From: an uncultured Gammaproteobacteria bacterium
GTDB taxonomy: Bacteria; Pseudomonadota; Gammaproteobacteria; CAWUKA01
DNA: 64,000 nucleotides
Assembly: GCA_963922965.1 (NCBI GenBank)
Contig: CAWUKA010000001.1
Coordinates: forward strand, 3,990 to 67,989
Direction: 5' to 3'
The position numbers were made by a program, and so were the translations under genes. Under the pieces are notes generated by a model. That model worked only from the letters and a program-made list of their open reading frames with translations, was not told the origin of the DNA and searched no databases. Each line of letters opens with the position of its first letter. The stretch's first letter is position 1. Shown here piece after piece: positions 32,792-43,267 of this stretch.

Positions 32792-34534
32792 ATGACGCAT
32801 ACACCTGGGCAAATATTCTTAGAGCAGCGTCGTAGTGCCAAGCCAAATGGCTGGGATGTGATTGCTCTGATGCTGATTTTTGCCTTTGTTATATTGTTGG
32901 CATGGGGTGCAAGAGAGATGTCAGGTCCTTTTGAAGTTGGTAAGAGTATTCCGATTTCACTTGATCCGATTAATCTACCACACTATGCATTACAAAGTAC
33001 TATGCGTATTGCTATCGCCTTATGTTTCTCTTTTTTGTTTACTTTTATCTTAGGTGCGCTAGCAGCAAAGAATAAACATGCGGAATTACTCATTATTCCC
33101 ATGGTCGATGTGTTGCAGTCGATACCTGTTTTAAGTTTTTTATCAGTTACTGTGACAGGTTTTGTGGTGATGTTCTCTGGCAGTATGTGGGGTCCGCAAT
33201 GGGCGAGCATTTTTGCGGTTTTTACTTCGCAGGTTTGGAATATGATTTTGAGTTTCTATCAGTCATTGATCACGCTACCAAGTGACATCGAAGAAGCAGC
33301 TAAAGCATTTCATCTATCCAGTTGGCAAAAATTTTGGAAGATAGAGGTGCCATTTGCTATCCCGGCATTACTATGGAACACCATGCTATCATTGTCTGGT
33401 AGTTGGTTTTTTGTTGTTGCTTCCGAGGCAATGACAATCTCGAATCAAAAGATATCGTTGCCAGGTATTGGCTCTTATATCGCGCTTGCAATTGAGCAAG
33501 CCAATGAAATTAGTATCTTCTATGGTATTATCGCCATGTTTATCGTGATTTTTATTTATGATCAAATTGTTTTTCGTCCGCTTGTACAGTGGTCTGAGCG
33601 CTTTGCGTTAGATTACCGTGGGAAAAAACGTGATCGGCAGCCGTGGTTTACTACATTCCTACAAAAAACTCGTTTCGTTTACTATTTTTTTAATTTACTT
33701 ATCCTCTGCTACGAGAAAACTACTGGCTTACCTGCTCTGACTCGGAGCAATAGAATAACACTGCCACAACTATCAAATAAGGTCGTTATAGCACTGATAT
33801 CAGTTTGGTATTTGCTATTGCTGCTCATGACAGTCGGCTCGCTAATCCTGCTTTACCAGTTTATCTTTACTGTTATACCTATTATTGAAGCAATCCATGT
33901 TTTTTTTCTCGGTTTCATTACTGCGGTGCGTGTTTTTATTCTAATCGTATTGAGCTCTTTGCTATGGGTTCCAATCGGTGTTTGGGTTGGTTTGCGGCCA
34001 AAGATCGCCCGAGTTATTCAGCCTACGGTACAGTTCATAGCAGCATTTCCAGCAAACGTGTTATTCCCTGTTGTCGTATTGATGATTTTGCACTTTAAAT
34101 TGAATGTAGAAGTTTGGACTTCACCTTTAATGATACTCGGCACACAGTGGTATATTTTTTTTAATGTTATCGCTGGTACAATGGCACTGCCAAAAGAACT
34201 ACAGCAAGCCGCTGAGAACTATGAGGTTAGTGGTTGGCTTTGGTGGAGAAAAATATTATTACCAAGCATTTTTCCATATTATATTACCGGTGCAATGAGC
34301 GCTGCTGGCGGTGCATGGAATGCCAGTATCTTAGCAGAAGTTGTGTCTTGGGGTGATACGACGCTACGTGCAACTGGCCTAGGTGCTTACATTAGTATTT
34401 ATTCAGCCGCAGGTGATTTTCCAAGGCTAGCTTTAGGCACAATCGTCATGTGTATATACGTGATTACTTTAAACCGTTTAATTTGGCGACCACTTTATCT
34501 GCTTGCAGAAACAAAATTTCAGATGGGAAAATAA
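32792..34534 (+). CDS. ABC transporter permease with two fused BPD_transp_1 domains (NitT/TauT-like)
   Basis: 580 aa. Two EAA-loop regions (IEEAAKAFHLSSWQKFWKIEVPFAIPAL and LQQAAENYEVSGWLWWRKILLPSIFP), i.e. two tandem permease domains. Confidence 0.8.
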   Translation: MTHTPGQIFLEQRRSAKPNGWDVIALMLIFAFVILLAWGAREMSGPFEVGKSIPISLDPINLPHYALQSTMRIAIALCFSFLFTFILGALAAKNKHAELLIIPMVDVLQSIPVLSFLSVTVTGFVVMFSGSMWGPQWASIFAVFTSQVWNMILSFYQSLITLPSDIEEAAKAFHLSSWQKFWKIEVPFAIPALLWNTMLSLSGSWFFVVASEAMTISNQKISLPGIGSYIALAIEQANEISIFYGIIAMFIVIFIYDQIVFRPLVQWSERFALDYRGKKRDRQPWFTTFLQKTRFVYYFFNLLILCYEKTTGLPALTRSNRITLPQLSNKVVIALISVWYLLLLLMTVGSLILLYQFIFTVIPIIEAIHVFFLGFITAVRVFILIVLSSLLWVPIGVWVGLRPKIARVIQPTVQFIAAFPANVLFPVVVLMILHFKLNVEVWTSPLMILGTQWYIFFNVIAGTMALPKELQQAAENYEVSGWLWWRKILLPSIFPYYITGAMSAAGGAWNASILAEVVSWGDTTLRATGLGAYISIYSAAGDFPRLALGTIVMCIYVITLNRLIWRPLYLLAETKFQMGK

Positions 34535-34538
34535 GACA

Positions 34539-35843
34539 ATGAAGCAGCCAATCCTACAGGCAGTAGATATTAGCAAGTCATTTACTCGTTCTGGCCAGCA
34601 AGAACTATTAGTACTTGATCAAGTGAACTTCAACTTATATGAAAATGAAATAGTTGCGATCTTGGGTAAATCAGGCTCTGGTAAGTCAACCTTGCTGCGT
34701 ATTTTATCTGGCTTGATTGATTCGAGTACCGGCCAGGTGTTTTATCGTAGCCAACAAGTTGCTGGGCCTGTTAAAGGTATCTCGATGGTCTTTCAAAATT
34801 TTGCTTTAATGCCTTGGTTAACTGTATTAGAAAATGTTGAAATTGGCCTAGAAGCACTGGGCGTTGATAAAGATTCGCGGCGCAAAAGAGCGCTCGGTTT
34901 GATCGATACAGTAGGGCTTGATGGTTTTGAATCAGCTTATCCAAAAGAGCTTTCTGGAGGTATGCGCCAGCGCGTTGGCTTGGCGCGCGCACTTGCAGTT
35001 GATCCTGATGTTTTACTCATGGATGAGCCTTTTTCAGCGCTTGATGTGTTAACAGCTGAAAATCTCCGCAGTGATTTAATTGACATTTGGCGCCAAGGCA
35101 AGTCGCATACCAAAGCCATTTTAATCGTAACACACAATATTGAAGAAGCAGTCCTAATGGCGGATAGAATTATTATTTTTGATAGTAATCCTGGCATGAT
35201 AAAAAAGGTACTCGCAGTCGATTTGTCGCATCCACGTGATGATGAAGATACTAAATTCACAGCTTTGGTTGATCAGGTGTATCTAGCTATGACGGCAGAT
35301 GCTAACGCTACCGCAGTGACTGGCGAATCAGCGTCAACGATTAGTCTAGCTTACCGCTTGCCTGATGCTGATATTTCTGAAGCTACCGGTTTGCTTGAGG
35401 AATTAGCAGAGGGAGACACCAATCGTACCAGTCTACAGGCATTAGCTGAGTCACTCCATCTCGATGTTGATGATTTGTTTACCCTTACAGAGATATTAGA
35501 GATTTTAAAATTTGCTACTATTTCTGAAGGTGATATAGAGCTCACAGCAGCAGGGCGCGCATTTGCTAAAGCTGATATTCTTGCGCGCAAACAAATCTTC
35601 GCTAAGCACCTATTAGATAATGTTTCACTCGCGCGTTTTATTCGTCAAATTTTAGATGCTCAGTCTGATCATTGTATTGTCAAAGATCGAATTGTTGATG
35701 AGATTGTTGACGACCTGAGTGAGAAAGAGGCTGAACGAGTCTTACGTTTAGTGATTGACTGGGGGCGCTATGCTGAAATCTTTGCTTACGATGATAACTC
35801 GAGACTACTAAGCCTAGAAAACCCAGGGGAAGATATAGACTAA
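34539..35843 (+). CDS. ABC transporter ATP-binding protein (NitT/TauT-type) with a ~190-aa C-terminal extension
   Basis: Walker A GKSGSGKST. Signature LSGGMRQRVGLARAL. Walker B LLMDEPFSALD. Start moved to ATG 34539 (MKQPILQAV). The C-terminal domain is unassigned. Confidence 0.8.
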   Translation: MKQPILQAVDISKSFTRSGQQELLVLDQVNFNLYENEIVAILGKSGSGKSTLLRILSGLIDSSTGQVFYRSQQVAGPVKGISMVFQNFALMPWLTVLENVEIGLEALGVDKDSRRKRALGLIDTVGLDGFESAYPKELSGGMRQRVGLARALAVDPDVLLMDEPFSALDVLTAENLRSDLIDIWRQGKSHTKAILIVTHNIEEAVLMADRIIIFDSNPGMIKKVLAVDLSHPRDDEDTKFTALVDQVYLAMTADANATAVTGESASTISLAYRLPDADISEATGLLEELAEGDTNRTSLQALAESLHLDVDDLFTLTEILEILKFATISEGDIELTAAGRAFAKADILARKQIFAKHLLDNVSLARFIRQILDAQSDHCIVKDRIVDEIVDDLSEKEAERVLRLVIDWGRYAEIFAYDDNSRLLSLENPGEDID

Positions 35844-37318
35844 TGATAAAAAATATTTGGGCACGACAGTATCCTATTGCGCGCCTTCTTTATTTTTTCA
35901 CATTGCTACTATTCGTCACTACGCTACTAGCTGAAACGATAAAGCCAGTCGCATTGAGCTTAGAAGAGGCAATTTTATTAGCGCAACGTCACAATGCTAA
36001 TATTAAGAGCGCTAAGCTCGATCGAGTTGTCGAAAAATATAATCTACGTGTAGCAGAGTATGCTTTTCAATGGCATCTGCAGGTTGATGGCGATGCTAGT
36101 TATACTGATGAGAAATCGTATAGCCATGATTACGGTGCCGCTGAATCACAAGCAAAATCATTAGCGCTAACACCTAGCGCCTCGCTAAAAACTAAGTACG
36201 GCACTTCTTATTCATTTTCATTTGATAATCGTACTGATGGTGATACCTATAACCCAATAGCTGAATTTAATATCACCCAGCCATTGCTGCGTGGTGCAAA
36301 TAAAGAAGTGATTAATGCGCCATTAACGAATTCTTATAATTTAGAATCTATTAATAGGCTTGCGCTAAAAATTAAAGTGATGCAGGAAATGAATAGAGTG
36401 ATCAAAGATTACATTACCTATGCTGAGGCACTCACTAGACTTGATATTGATAAAAGAACGTTATATGACTACCAGGCTGTTAAAAGTCAAACTGAAATAA
36501 AAATTAAGGCTGGCGAACTTGCTGAGTCTGATATTAAGCAATCAATAGCGGATATTGCTAGCCAAAAAGTAGTGATTTTATCTGATAAAAATGATGTTGA
36601 TAATAAGCGCATGGTATTGCTAAAAGATATCGGCTTGCCGATAAATCTACCTATTCGAATTGATAGGAATATTCAGTTAAAAAAACTGGATACGCCGAAT
36701 TATAATGGCGCACGCCTTTTGCTATTGAAAAATAGCCTACTGCATCAAACTAATCAAATGACCCTACAAGCCGATCGACTAAATTATCTTAAAGCAAAAG
36801 ATGATAAGCGTTGGCAGCTTGATGTTAATGCTGTTGTAACACTGGGTGGTGGTGGCGGATCTAATCCCAATAGTGGCTTGGAAAGTTTGGTAAAAGGTGA
36901 TAATCGTGCTGGTCATTTGAATGTTGCACTTAGTGTGCCACTGACGAAGACTGAGCTCAAGCGCAATATAGTTGCTGCAAAAATTCAAGTTGAGAAAGAT
37001 CAGGTTAAAATTGAACAAGATAAGTTAGAGTTGCAAACCGAGCTTTTAAATCAAATACGAAATATCGATATCCAACGTCGTCAGATTATATTAGCAGAAG
37101 ATGCTGTTAAAGCAGCAAAGCAAAGTGTAGAGGTTGTTAAAAAACAACAAGCCTATGGTCGTTCATCACCATATCAAGTATCTTACGCCCAGAATAATTT
37201 TAGGCAAATACAAATTAATTTATATCAGAAAAGATACGCTTATCTGCAATCGATTTCTCAGTTGCAAGCAGATTTAGGCTTGATGTTAGATGTTTGGGGC
37301 ATTCAGTTACGTGACTAG
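35843..37318 (+). CDS. Outer membrane efflux protein (TolC-like OMF)
   Basis: 491 aa. Signal-like N-terminus. The LSLEEAILLAQRHNANIKSAKLD start of an OMF repeat. Two-repeat architecture with coiled-coil segments. Confidence 0.78.
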   Translation: MIKNIWARQYPIARLLYFFTLLLFVTTLLAETIKPVALSLEEAILLAQRHNANIKSAKLDRVVEKYNLRVAEYAFQWHLQVDGDASYTDEKSYSHDYGAAESQAKSLALTPSASLKTKYGTSYSFSFDNRTDGDTYNPIAEFNITQPLLRGANKEVINAPLTNSYNLESINRLALKIKVMQEMNRVIKDYITYAEALTRLDIDKRTLYDYQAVKSQTEIKIKAGELAESDIKQSIADIASQKVVILSDKNDVDNKRMVLLKDIGLPINLPIRIDRNIQLKKLDTPNYNGARLLLLKNSLLHQTNQMTLQADRLNYLKAKDDKRWQLDVNAVVTLGGGGGSNPNSGLESLVKGDNRAGHLNVALSVPLTKTELKRNIVAAKIQVEKDQVKIEQDKLELQTELLNQIRNIDIQRRQIILAEDAVKAAKQSVEVVKKQQAYGRSSPYQVSYAQNNFRQIQINLYQKRYAYLQSISQLQADLGLMLDVWGIQLRD

Positions 37319-37994
37319 TTTGGTTCAAATTCATCAGTTAGGTAAGAATTTTTATGTTGGCGATGACTTGATACCAGTGTTAACTGATATTAATTTAACT
37401 ATTGAGTCAGGTGAGTTTATAGCGATCAGTGGGCCATCAGGTTCTGGTAAATCAACCTTGATGAATATCATTGGCTTGCTTGATGAACAAACTAGTGGTT
37501 TGTATACCTTGGCTGGTTCTGATGTGAGCAATTTGTCGGATGATCAGCGCTCACTGATGCGTAATCGATCTATTGGTTTTGTATTCCAATCGTTTTATTT
37601 ACTGCCTCGACTCACTGTGCTTGACAACATTGGCTTACCATTGCTGTATCAAGGCATGCCGCGTGAGGCAATTAGAGAGAGAGCATTAGCGATGCTTGTT
37701 CGATTTGGCTTGCAGGGTTTAGCGGGCCGCAAGCCTGACCAGCTCTCTGGTGGCCAGCAGCAACGGGTAGCAATCGCAAGAGCATTGATTGCTAAGCCAA
37801 AGCTTTTACTAGCGGATGAACCAACCGGTGCATTAGATACGAAAACTGGGCAAGCAATCATTGATTTATTTTTTGATTTAAATCAACAAGAGCAAATTAC
37901 TATTGTACTTGTGACCCACGATGAAACTATTTCGGATCAATGTCAACGTATCGTCCGTGTCATCGATGGATCTTTACATCAAGGACGCTCATAG
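37311..37994 (+). CDS. ABC transporter ATP-binding protein, MacB/LolD family
   Basis: GPSGSGKST Walker [16 protein letters not shown] signature. [12 protein letters not shown]alker B. Probable GTG start at 37311, overlapping the OMF stop. Confidence 0.82.
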   Translation: MTSLVQIHQLGKNFYVGDDLIPVLTDINLTIESGEFIAISGPSGSGKSTLMNIIGLLDEQTSGLYTLAGSDVSNLSDDQRSLMRNRSIGFVFQSFYLLPRLTVLDNIGLPLLYQGMPREAIRERALAMLVRFGLQGLAGRKPDQLSGGQQQRVAIARALIAKPKLLLADEPTGALDTKTGQAIIDLFFDLNQQEQITIVLVTHDETISDQCQRIVRVIDGSLHQGRS

Positions 37995-39181
37995 TGTTTA
38001 GACAGCAACTGGTAGAGGCCTGTGCAAATTTACTTGCAGCAAAATTACGATCAATGCTTGCAGTGCTTGGTGTGTTGGTTGGTGCCGCATCAGTAGTCGC
38101 GATGGTGTCGGCCGGCCAGTTGGCGACTAACATGGCGCTAAAAGAGTTTAAATTACTTGGTACCAATCTGTTAGCAGTTAGCATTCATCAGTCAACCGGG
38201 TTGTATGCCCAACAAGAGCACTTAAGTCAAGCAGAAGTGTTAGACATTGCTACTTCGGTGTCACAGGTAAAGGCTATTGCACCCTATTCATTTTCATACT
38301 TACCCATCAGTTTTGTTGGGCGAAAATTATCAGCATCAGTGATTGGCGTAACGGAATTAATTCAAAGCCTTGCACATATCGAAATGCAATCTGGCCGCTT
38401 CATTTCCGATCTTGATCATTTGCAATATTTTTGCGTGATAGGTAACAAGCTTTATCAAGACTTGCTATTAACCTATTTGCAAAATCCAATTGGGCAAACT
38501 ATTCAAATTGGAGATAAACTTTTTACTATTGTTGGTGTGATGGCGCCTTGGCAGCAGAACGCGTTTATAAATCAGGATGTAAACCGTAATATCTTTATAC
38601 CTCTCGATACTGCACATGCCATTAACCGCTACGCCGTTATTAGTGAGCTGCTTATTCGTTTACAGCACGCTGATCAATCGACTGAAGCGCAGTTCCATCT
38701 GGAGCAAAAGCTGAAGAAGAAACTCCCCCACGCTAACTTGTTTTTTCGTAGTGCGGAACAGCTATTAGCCCGAATGAAAACGCAAAGTCGTATATTAACG
38801 CTACTACTCGGCTTGATTGGTGGCATCTCGTTATTTGTTGGTGGCATTGGTGTCATGAACGTCATGCTAGTGACTGTTACAGAGCGTCGGCGAGAAATTG
38901 GTATCCGCAGAGCAGTTGGTGCAACTGCTTGGCAGATACAGCAGTTATTTTTAATTGAATCGACATTATTGGCACTATTAGGCGGGGTGCTCGGGATTGT
39001 GCTAGGTGTGACAGTTTCTTACGTTATCACACGATTTACCGGCTGGGATTTTACCATCTACGTTACACCTATCATCATAGGATTTTTAGTTGCGACAGCA
39101 ACCGGTGTATTTTTTGGCTATTACCCAGCTCGTGTTGCCGCTCGCTTGAATCCAATAGCGTGTTTGCGTGATGTCGAGTAG
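37994..39181 (+). CDS. ABC transporter permease, FtsX/MacB-type with a large periplasmic domain (LolC/E-like)
   Basis: TM1 (LAVLGVLVGAASVVAMV), then a ~220-aa periplasmic domain, then 3 C-terminal TM segments carrying the FtsX motif (TERRREIGIRRAVGAT). GTG start in a TAGTG overlap with the ATPase. Confidence 0.8.
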   Translation: MFRQQLVEACANLLAAKLRSMLAVLGVLVGAASVVAMVSAGQLATNMALKEFKLLGTNLLAVSIHQSTGLYAQQEHLSQAEVLDIATSVSQVKAIAPYSFSYLPISFVGRKLSASVIGVTELIQSLAHIEMQSGRFISDLDHLQYFCVIGNKLYQDLLLTYLQNPIGQTIQIGDKLFTIVGVMAPWQQNAFINQDVNRNIFIPLDTAHAINRYAVISELLIRLQHADQSTEAQFHLEQKLKKKLPHANLFFRSAEQLLARMKTQSRILTLLLGLIGGISLFVGGIGVMNVMLVTVTERRREIGIRRAVGATAWQIQQLFLIESTLLALLGGVLGIVLGVTVSYVITRFTGWDFTIYVTPIIIGFLVATATGVFFGYYPARVAARLNPIACLRDVE

Positions 39182-39183
39182 TT

Positions 39184-40251
39184 TTACGCATTCACTCTTG
39201 GGTCAAGCTCATTATTTAGGTAGCGGCTATACATAGACTCTAATGGAATGACCTTGATTTTTCCAGCTTGACCGCAGGTGTTGAATGCTTCATAGCGTGC
39301 AATACAAATATCCCTCATAGCCGCTTGCGCTTCACCCAAATACTTTCGCGGATCAAATTCGCTCGGCTTGTTTGTCATAAAGCGGCGAATAGCACCAGTC
39401 GATGCTAAGCGGAGATCAGTATCAATATTAATTTTGCGGACACCGTGACGGATACCTTCTTGAATCTCTGCAACTGGAACCCCGTATGTTTCTGCAATAT
39501 CACCACCATGCTCATTGATAATGGCTAACCATTCTTGTGGTACTGATGATGAACCATGCATAACAAGATGAGTATCAGGAATACGGCTATGGATCGCTTT
39601 GATTCGATCAACCGCCAGCACTTCACCGGTGGGTGGACGAGAAAATTTATAGGCGCCATGACTGGTGCCAATAGCAATTGCTAAAGCATCGACTTTGGTA
39701 TCAGCAACAAATTCAGCGGCTTGTGCTGGGTCAGTCAGAAGTTGATCACGATTGAGGGTGCCTTCAGCACCTGAGCCGTCTTCTTTGTCTGCTGTTAGCG
39801 TTTCGAGTGAACCCAGACAACCTAATTCACCTTCAACAGAAACACCACAGGCGTGTGCCATCGCCACGGTACGACTCGTAACGTCAACGTTATAATCATA
39901 GTCCGCAGGTGTTTTCATATCTTCGTGCAGTGAACCATCCATCATGACTGAAGAAAAACCGAGTTGAATAGAGCGCTGACAGACGTCGGGTGATGCCCCG
40001 TGATCTTGATGCATGCAAATTGGTATATACGGATAAGATTCGATTGCACCAGCGATTAAGCTACGTAAAAAAAGTGGACCGGCATACTTACGTGCACCAG
40101 CAGAGGCTTGCAAGATAACCGGGCTGTTAGTTTTGTCGGCTGCTTCCATAATAGCACGTACTTGTTCAAGATTATTGACATTGAAGGCCGGCACACCGTA
40201 GCCGTATTCAGCAGCATGATCGAGTAATTGACGAAGCGAGATGAGCGCCAT
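39184..40251 (-). CDS. fba: Fructose-bisphosphate aldolase, class II
   Basis: 355 aa. N-terminus [48 protein letters not shown] is near-identical in pattern to Pseudomonas-type class II Fba. Confidence 0.92.
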   Translation of the reverse strand: MALISLRQLLDHAAEYGYGVPAFNVNNLEQVRAIMEAADKTNSPVILQASAGARKYAGPLFLRSLIAGAIESYPYIPICMHQDHGASPDVCQRSIQLGFSSVMMDGSLHEDMKTPADYDYNVDVTSRTVAMAHACGVSVEGELGCLGSLETLTADKEDGSGAEGTLNRDQLLTDPAQAAEFVADTKVDALAIAIGTSHGAYKFSRPPTGEVLAVDRIKAIHSRIPDTHLVMHGSSSVPQEWLAIINEHGGDIAETYGVPVAEIQEGIRHGVRKINIDTDLRLASTGAIRRFMTNKPSEFDPRKYLGEAQAAMRDICIARYEAFNTCGQAGKIKVIPLESMYSRYLNNELDPRVNA

Positions 40252-40373
40252 AGTGATTCTCCTTGTGGGTGCGCGTTATTTTTATTCTTATGCGACCCAC
40301 ATGGGCCGGTGTGGTATAGTGTATCCTTAAGATGGGTAGAATTTTAAATGAGCAGCAACAGGGTTGCAAGCGA

Positions 40374-41471
40374 ATGCGTAAACATAGACTGATTGTTATC
40401 TCTGACCTCGCCGGTGGTGGCACCCAGTGGGTTTTAAGTCGACTACTTCCACAATGGTTAGCAGCTGGCCACCGATTGACAGTGGTCACGTTAGCGGGCA
40501 AAGAACACGATGCGGTTGCACTTGATCCGGCAGTGAATCGAATAGCACTGAATATGATGGCATCGTCTGGCAGTCTATTAGCTGGGATAAAAAATAATTT
40601 CCGTCGTATTATTGCCTTACGTAATCTATTTCGCGAGCAGAAGCCTGATATCATCATCAGCTTTATTGCTGCAACTAATATTATTAGTTTGCTTGCTACG
40701 ATTGGCTTATCCATCCCGGTTGTTATTTCCGAACGCAATGATCCAACACGGCAAGTGCTAGCCTTGCCTTGGCAACTACTCAGAAGAGGTTGTTATGGTC
40801 TTGCTGAGAAGGTAACAGCGAATAGTCAGTTTGCGCTAACAGAATTAAGTCGCTATGTGAAACAAGATAAACTAGCTTATGTCCCGAATCCACTACCGCA
40901 ACCAAGTACTCTGGTTTGTTGCAAAGAAAAATTTTTATTAGCAGTAGGTCGCCTACATCCACAAAAAGGCTATGATGTCATGCTTTCAGCTTTTGCCAAT
41001 AGCCAAGCTGTACAACTAGGTTGGCGGTTAAAAGTCTTGGGCGCAGGTTATTTGCTGCCAGAGCTACAGGTGCAATGTCAACAGCTAGGGATTGCTGATG
41101 ATGTTGACTGGTTAGGCTATCAAGCTAAAACAGCTAATTACTATCTAAAAGCATCTGCTTTTATCATAACTTCTCACTATGAAGGTATGCCAAATGTTTT
41201 ACTCGAAGCAGCAAACTATGCCTTGCCTATCATTGCTTCCGCTAGCTGTGAAGGAGCAAAAGAGATTTTACAAGATAAGCATTCATGTTTGTTTGTACCC
41301 GCGGCAGATATAGATGCATTTGCAACAGCAATTGATACATTAGTGTTAATGCCAGTAGCAAAAGCGCAGATCATGGGTCGAGCTGCGCAGCAGGTTGTTC
41401 AACAACAATTTAGCGAAGATGCAATTCAAACTGCTTGGCAGGCCATTTTTGAAGAACTTGAGTATGTCTAA
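40374..41471 (+). CDS. Glycosyltransferase family 4 (group 1)
   Basis: GT-B fold. The C-terminal region carries GT4 motifs (GRLHPQKGYDVML; EGMPNVLLEAANYALPIIAS). Start set at the internal Met (MRKHRLIVIS). Confidence 0.75.
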   Translation: MRKHRLIVISDLAGGGTQWVLSRLLPQWLAAGHRLTVVTLAGKEHDAVALDPAVNRIALNMMASSGSLLAGIKNNFRRIIALRNLFREQKPDIIISFIAATNIISLLATIGLSIPVVISERNDPTRQVLALPWQLLRRGCYGLAEKVTANSQFALTELSRYVKQDKLAYVPNPLPQPSTLVCCKEKFLLAVGRLHPQKGYDVMLSAFANSQAVQLGWRLKVLGAGYLLPELQVQCQQLGIADDVDWLGYQAKTANYYLKASAFIITSHYEGMPNVLLEAANYALPIIASASCEGAKEILQDKHSCLFVPAADIDAFATAIDTLVLMPVAKAQIMGRAAQQVVQQQFSEDAIQTAWQAIFEELEYV

Positions 41472-42663
41472 TAACAAACAAGTTGTTCTTTTTGTTGATG
41501 CGGGCAGCTCTGGTCGAGGCGGCTCTTTTCATAGTTTATGTGATTTGCTGCGAGTCAATCAGCAGCAGGGCAATACTAGCATTGTTGTCTTATTTAACTC
41601 ATCTCCGCTTGAAAAGCAGTATCAGTCATTTGGTGCAACTGTTCTTCAGCTACGTCATTCGGTATTTTCAACAGCGACAAAATCCGATTTTTGCTCATGG
41701 TGTTATAACAAGGCAAATGCAATTGCAGTTCGACTATCAACACAGTTAGGGTTAATTTTTGAAATGCTATTTCATCAGCCTGCATTAACCGAATTAAAAA
41801 AAATTGTCGATCAGCATAAAGTTACCTGTATTCATTTAAACAATCAGCCGATGCGGAATTTTTTTGGCTTTATGCTAGCAAAAAACAAGAACTTGCCGGT
41901 GGTGTCGCATCTTCGAACTACGCACACCTATGGCTTTACAAAAGCACATGCTAAATATGTCAATTCCATTGCTAGTCAGTTTATCGCGGTATCTGAAGCA
42001 GTAAAGCAGTGTTGGCAGCAACAAGGTTTACCTGCTGCTCATATTGCCGTGATAGGAAATCCAGTTGCGCTAAACAAACGAACTCTGAAAGGTGCTCGGC
42101 AACCATCGGACTCCTTTAAGGTGGTCTATGCAGGTCGGTTAGAATCAGCTAAGGGGCTTAATTTTTTATTGCGTGGTTTTGTTAAAGTGTACGCAGTCAA
42201 TCCAGCAATAGAGCTACATTTGCTTGGTGTCGGATCTTATCAGCACACACTTGAGCAAGCCGTTGCTGAACTCGGTATTGCCGAACAGACTTTTTTTCAC
42301 GGTTATGTTACAGATGTAATACAACAATTATCACTGTTTGATGTGCTCGTGCTACCTTCAGAGAATGAGGGTTTTGGTCGCGTTATCCTAGAGGCAATGG
42401 CAGCTGGGATTGCTGTGATTGCAACTCGGGTTGGCGGGATTCCCGAATTAGTCCAACATCATAAAACAGGCTTGTTGGTTGATTACAATGATGATGATCA
42501 ATTGGCTAGCAGTATTTTACAAATCCAACAACAGCATCAATGGTCTGCTGAAATGATTGAAAATGCTAACCAATTTCTACAAAATAATTATTCTTTTCCA
42601 TTGTTTAGCCAGCGTTTGCTGTCCATTTACTGTAATTTGGAACATCAGTATGAAAAAATATAA
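41464..42663 (+). CDS. Glycosyltransferase family 4 (group 1)
   Basis: EX7E-type GT4 motif region (SENEGFGRVILEAMAAGIAVIATRVGGIPELV). Start at ATG 41464 (MSNNKQVVLF), in an 8-nt overlap with the upstream GT. Confidence 0.78.
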   Translation: MSNNKQVVLFVDAGSSGRGGSFHSLCDLLRVNQQQGNTSIVVLFNSSPLEKQYQSFGATVLQLRHSVFSTATKSDFCSWCYNKANAIAVRLSTQLGLIFEMLFHQPALTELKKIVDQHKVTCIHLNNQPMRNFFGFMLAKNKNLPVVSHLRTTHTYGFTKAHAKYVNSIASQFIAVSEAVKQCWQQQGLPAAHIAVIGNPVALNKRTLKGARQPSDSFKVVYAGRLESAKGLNFLLRGFVKVYAVNPAIELHLLGVGSYQHTLEQAVAELGIAEQTFFHGYVTDVIQQLSLFDVLVLPSENEGFGRVILEAMAAGIAVIATRVGGIPELVQHHKTGLLVDYNDDDQLASSILQIQQQHQWSAEMIENANQFLQNNYSFPLFSQRLLSIYCNLEHQYEKI

Positions 42664-43267
42664 AACAGTAGCTTTATTAGGTCGTCAGGCTGGACTAGAA
42701 GTGCTACAAAATGTACTACTGACCGATGAACGTATCGAGCTCACTTGTGTGGTAACTCACGCTCAACTACCAACTGCCGAGGGTGGTGGTGAGCGCCCCG
42801 AATACAAACAATACCAGCAGCTTTGTGCAGCACATGCGCTACCTTTGCTAACGTTAGATAGAGATCAAGCTAAGCAACTCGATAGTTATTTGCCGACTAG
42901 TGAAATTGACTTCATCATATCATTGTCATGGCGCTATATTCTTCCTAAATCGCTATTAGCACGCGCGCGCTGTGCTAGCATCAATTTGCATCGCGGTGAT
43001 ATTGATAAATTTCCTGGCACACAGCCCGTACGTCGGGCACTGGAAGCTAACGAAACGCGGGTAGCGATTACGGCACATCACATGATAGAAGAAGTCGATG
43101 CTGGCCCAGCGCTTGCGACAGTTTGGCGAGAAGTCCCATCACTCGAGTCAAGTGCGCAGGATAGAGTTGCTTTGACTGAGGCGGTAAAGCAAAGCCTTAT
43201 TCCACTCTATTCACCACTATTGCAGCTTGCTTTAGATGCAGTGCTCACTGACCAGCGTTTCATATAA
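42650..43267 (+). CDS. Formyltransferase-domain protein (Fmt/PurN-like N-domain only)
   Basis: 206 aa. Catalytic triad context is conserved (INLHRG... with Asn and His; EVDAGP with Asp). Short, with no C-terminal tRNA-binding domain, which is the sugar N-formyltransferase type of architecture. Confidence 0.65.
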   Translation: MKKYKTVALLGRQAGLEVLQNVLLTDERIELTCVVTHAQLPTAEGGGERPEYKQYQQLCAAHALPLLTLDRDQAKQLDSYLPTSEIDFIISLSWRYILPKSLLARARCASINLHRGDIDKFPGTQPVRRALEANETRVAITAHHMIEEVDAGPALATVWREVPSLESSAQDRVALTEAVKQSLIPLYSPLLQLALDAVLTDQRFI

